A stretch of 64,000 bases of DNA, taken from the NCBI RefSeq assembly GCF_964204645.1, contig NC_134026.1, positions 18,448,150-18,512,149 of the forward strand, in the 5' to 3' direction. Each line of letters starts with the position of its first letter. Position 1 is the stretch's first letter. Source of the stretch: Tubulanus polymorphus. Lineage: Eukaryota; Animalia; Nemertea. The notes beneath the pieces are model-generated. The model worked only from the letters and a program-made list of their open reading frames with translations, searched no databases and was not told the DNA's origin. Positions 63,301 to 64,000 of the stretch are shown in pieces. Both the position numbers and the translations under genes were made by a program.

Positions 63301-63353
63301 TATCGCCACGTTCCCATCGCATGTCATTGAAGTCGACTAATGTCGTGTCTAAT
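57371..63353 (-). CDS. ANKRD13C: Ankyrin repeat domain-containing protein 13C, last 8 coding exons (5' part outside the window)
   Basis: GPCR-chaperone-domain motifs RLDTTLVDFNDMRWERGDITFIF, EVDILMSSDIVAAQM, KRREHLSEEDLQKNKA, APFKHFNKLREF..KLPPGFPVKIEIPVFPT; ends RFPDL* without UIMs, as in the 13C subfamily. Exons: 63353-63209, 62435-62304, 61379-61312, 61156-61069, 58832-58683, 58530-58502, 58374-58274, 57504-57371. Confidence 0.93.
57650..57745. repeat. Single arm of the 21730-22025 fold-back family
   Basis: CCATCCTCCCCGGCAGGGATTCGAATGTAATGGCATCG...AACCCATCCACACTAGCCTGAG aligns with both arms at 21.7-22.0 kb. Confidence 0.55.
57891..58080. mobile_element. Short piggyBac-like MITE
   Basis: TTAA-CCCTTGTGCTG ... 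CAGCAAAAGGG; the right TSD is mutated. Confidence 0.45.
59434..60767 (+). repeat. Two-copy ~677-bp tandem duplication, each unit ending in a Helitron-like GC hairpin
   Basis: Units 59434-60110 and 60111-60767 are highly similar; hairpins at 60071-60094 and 60728-60750 are followed by AGTGGGGCCGATACGTC. Confidence 0.9.
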
Positions 63354-64000
63354 CTAGAAAAGTAAAAATCATCACGAAACTGTGGAGGGAAATCGGAACA
63401 CACGCTATTTAAGCTCTACATTGCGCGCGAATTATCTGCAGGTGAGAATTTAGAGAAAAATTTCAATGGGAAGGTACATCTGGAATCAACTTCGAGAACC
63501 ACTTTGAGATGCGCGATGGGCTTTGAAGTAATATACAGCGCATGAAGAATTAAGCAGTGAATTTGTTGTTAGTTAAAACACGGCAATGATTCATATTTCT
63601 ATGTACATCTACATAGGCCCAAGTGGTACTTGCTTGACATTGATTTCCAAAATGGTGACACAATTTAAGATCATAATTATTTGATTTCTTCTCGACCAGT
63701 AGAAGGGTGGATCTAGGGTCTGATTCACGGTGGTGTGCAGATCCTGAAGTAGGCTATATCATATAATCAAAATGGCATCCCAAAAGAAAGCTCATCAGAA
63801 AACATTAACTTACTTTCAGAAATGCAGAGAACAAGCTTATAAATTTTAACTTTTTTAGGTATGAGATTATTTTTTTCATCTTCTCGTGAAAATTCTGGGA
63901 AACTTGACATTTTCAGTTGGGTTTGCACCCCTGCACCCTCCCGTTAAATCCGCCCCTGTAGTATTTCCATTGATTTATCATTTCTTACCATTTAACAGTA

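Noticed and set aside
3303-63353. Minor-spliceosome (U12) or non-canonical introns and intronic snoRNAs
   Set aside because: All mapped introns are GT-AG with U2-type donors; no convincing C/D or H/ACA structure seen by eye (an Infernal scan would be needed to exclude them).

Overview
AT-rich, intron-rich invertebrate genomic DNA (bilaterian; a lophotrochozoan is my guess from repeat types, not established). It holds three spliced genes, which I assembled by hand from GT-AG boundaries and reading-frame phase. NIPBL/Nipped-B (cohesin loader) is on the minus strand with 42 coding exons, 3303-34016, about 2238 aa. SCP2/SCPx (peroxisomal thiolase plus sterol carrier, ending in PTS1 AKL) is on the plus strand with 18 exons, 35496-52533, about 541 aa, head-to-head with NIPBL across a CpG-rich promoter. 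The last 8 exons of ANKRD13C are on the minus strand, 57371-63353. Introns carry many non-autonomous elements: MITEs, a deleted hAT, a LINE tail and Helentron/DINE-like elements. Most interesting: (1) a DINE/HINE-like family whose ~153-bp internal tandem monomer carries a near-consensus CTCF motif, always sense to its host gene and therefore divergent around the NIPBL/SCP2 promoter; (2) a young Penelope-type palindrome with hammerhead ribozyme cores on both strands in an SCP2 intron, plus an older decayed one in NIPBL; (3) a 48-codon in-frame extension after the UGA-C stop of ANKRD13C (readthrough candidate); (4) possible ancient NIPBL-SCP2-ANKRD13C microsynteny. Most ORFs in the supplied track are exon fragments or spurious.
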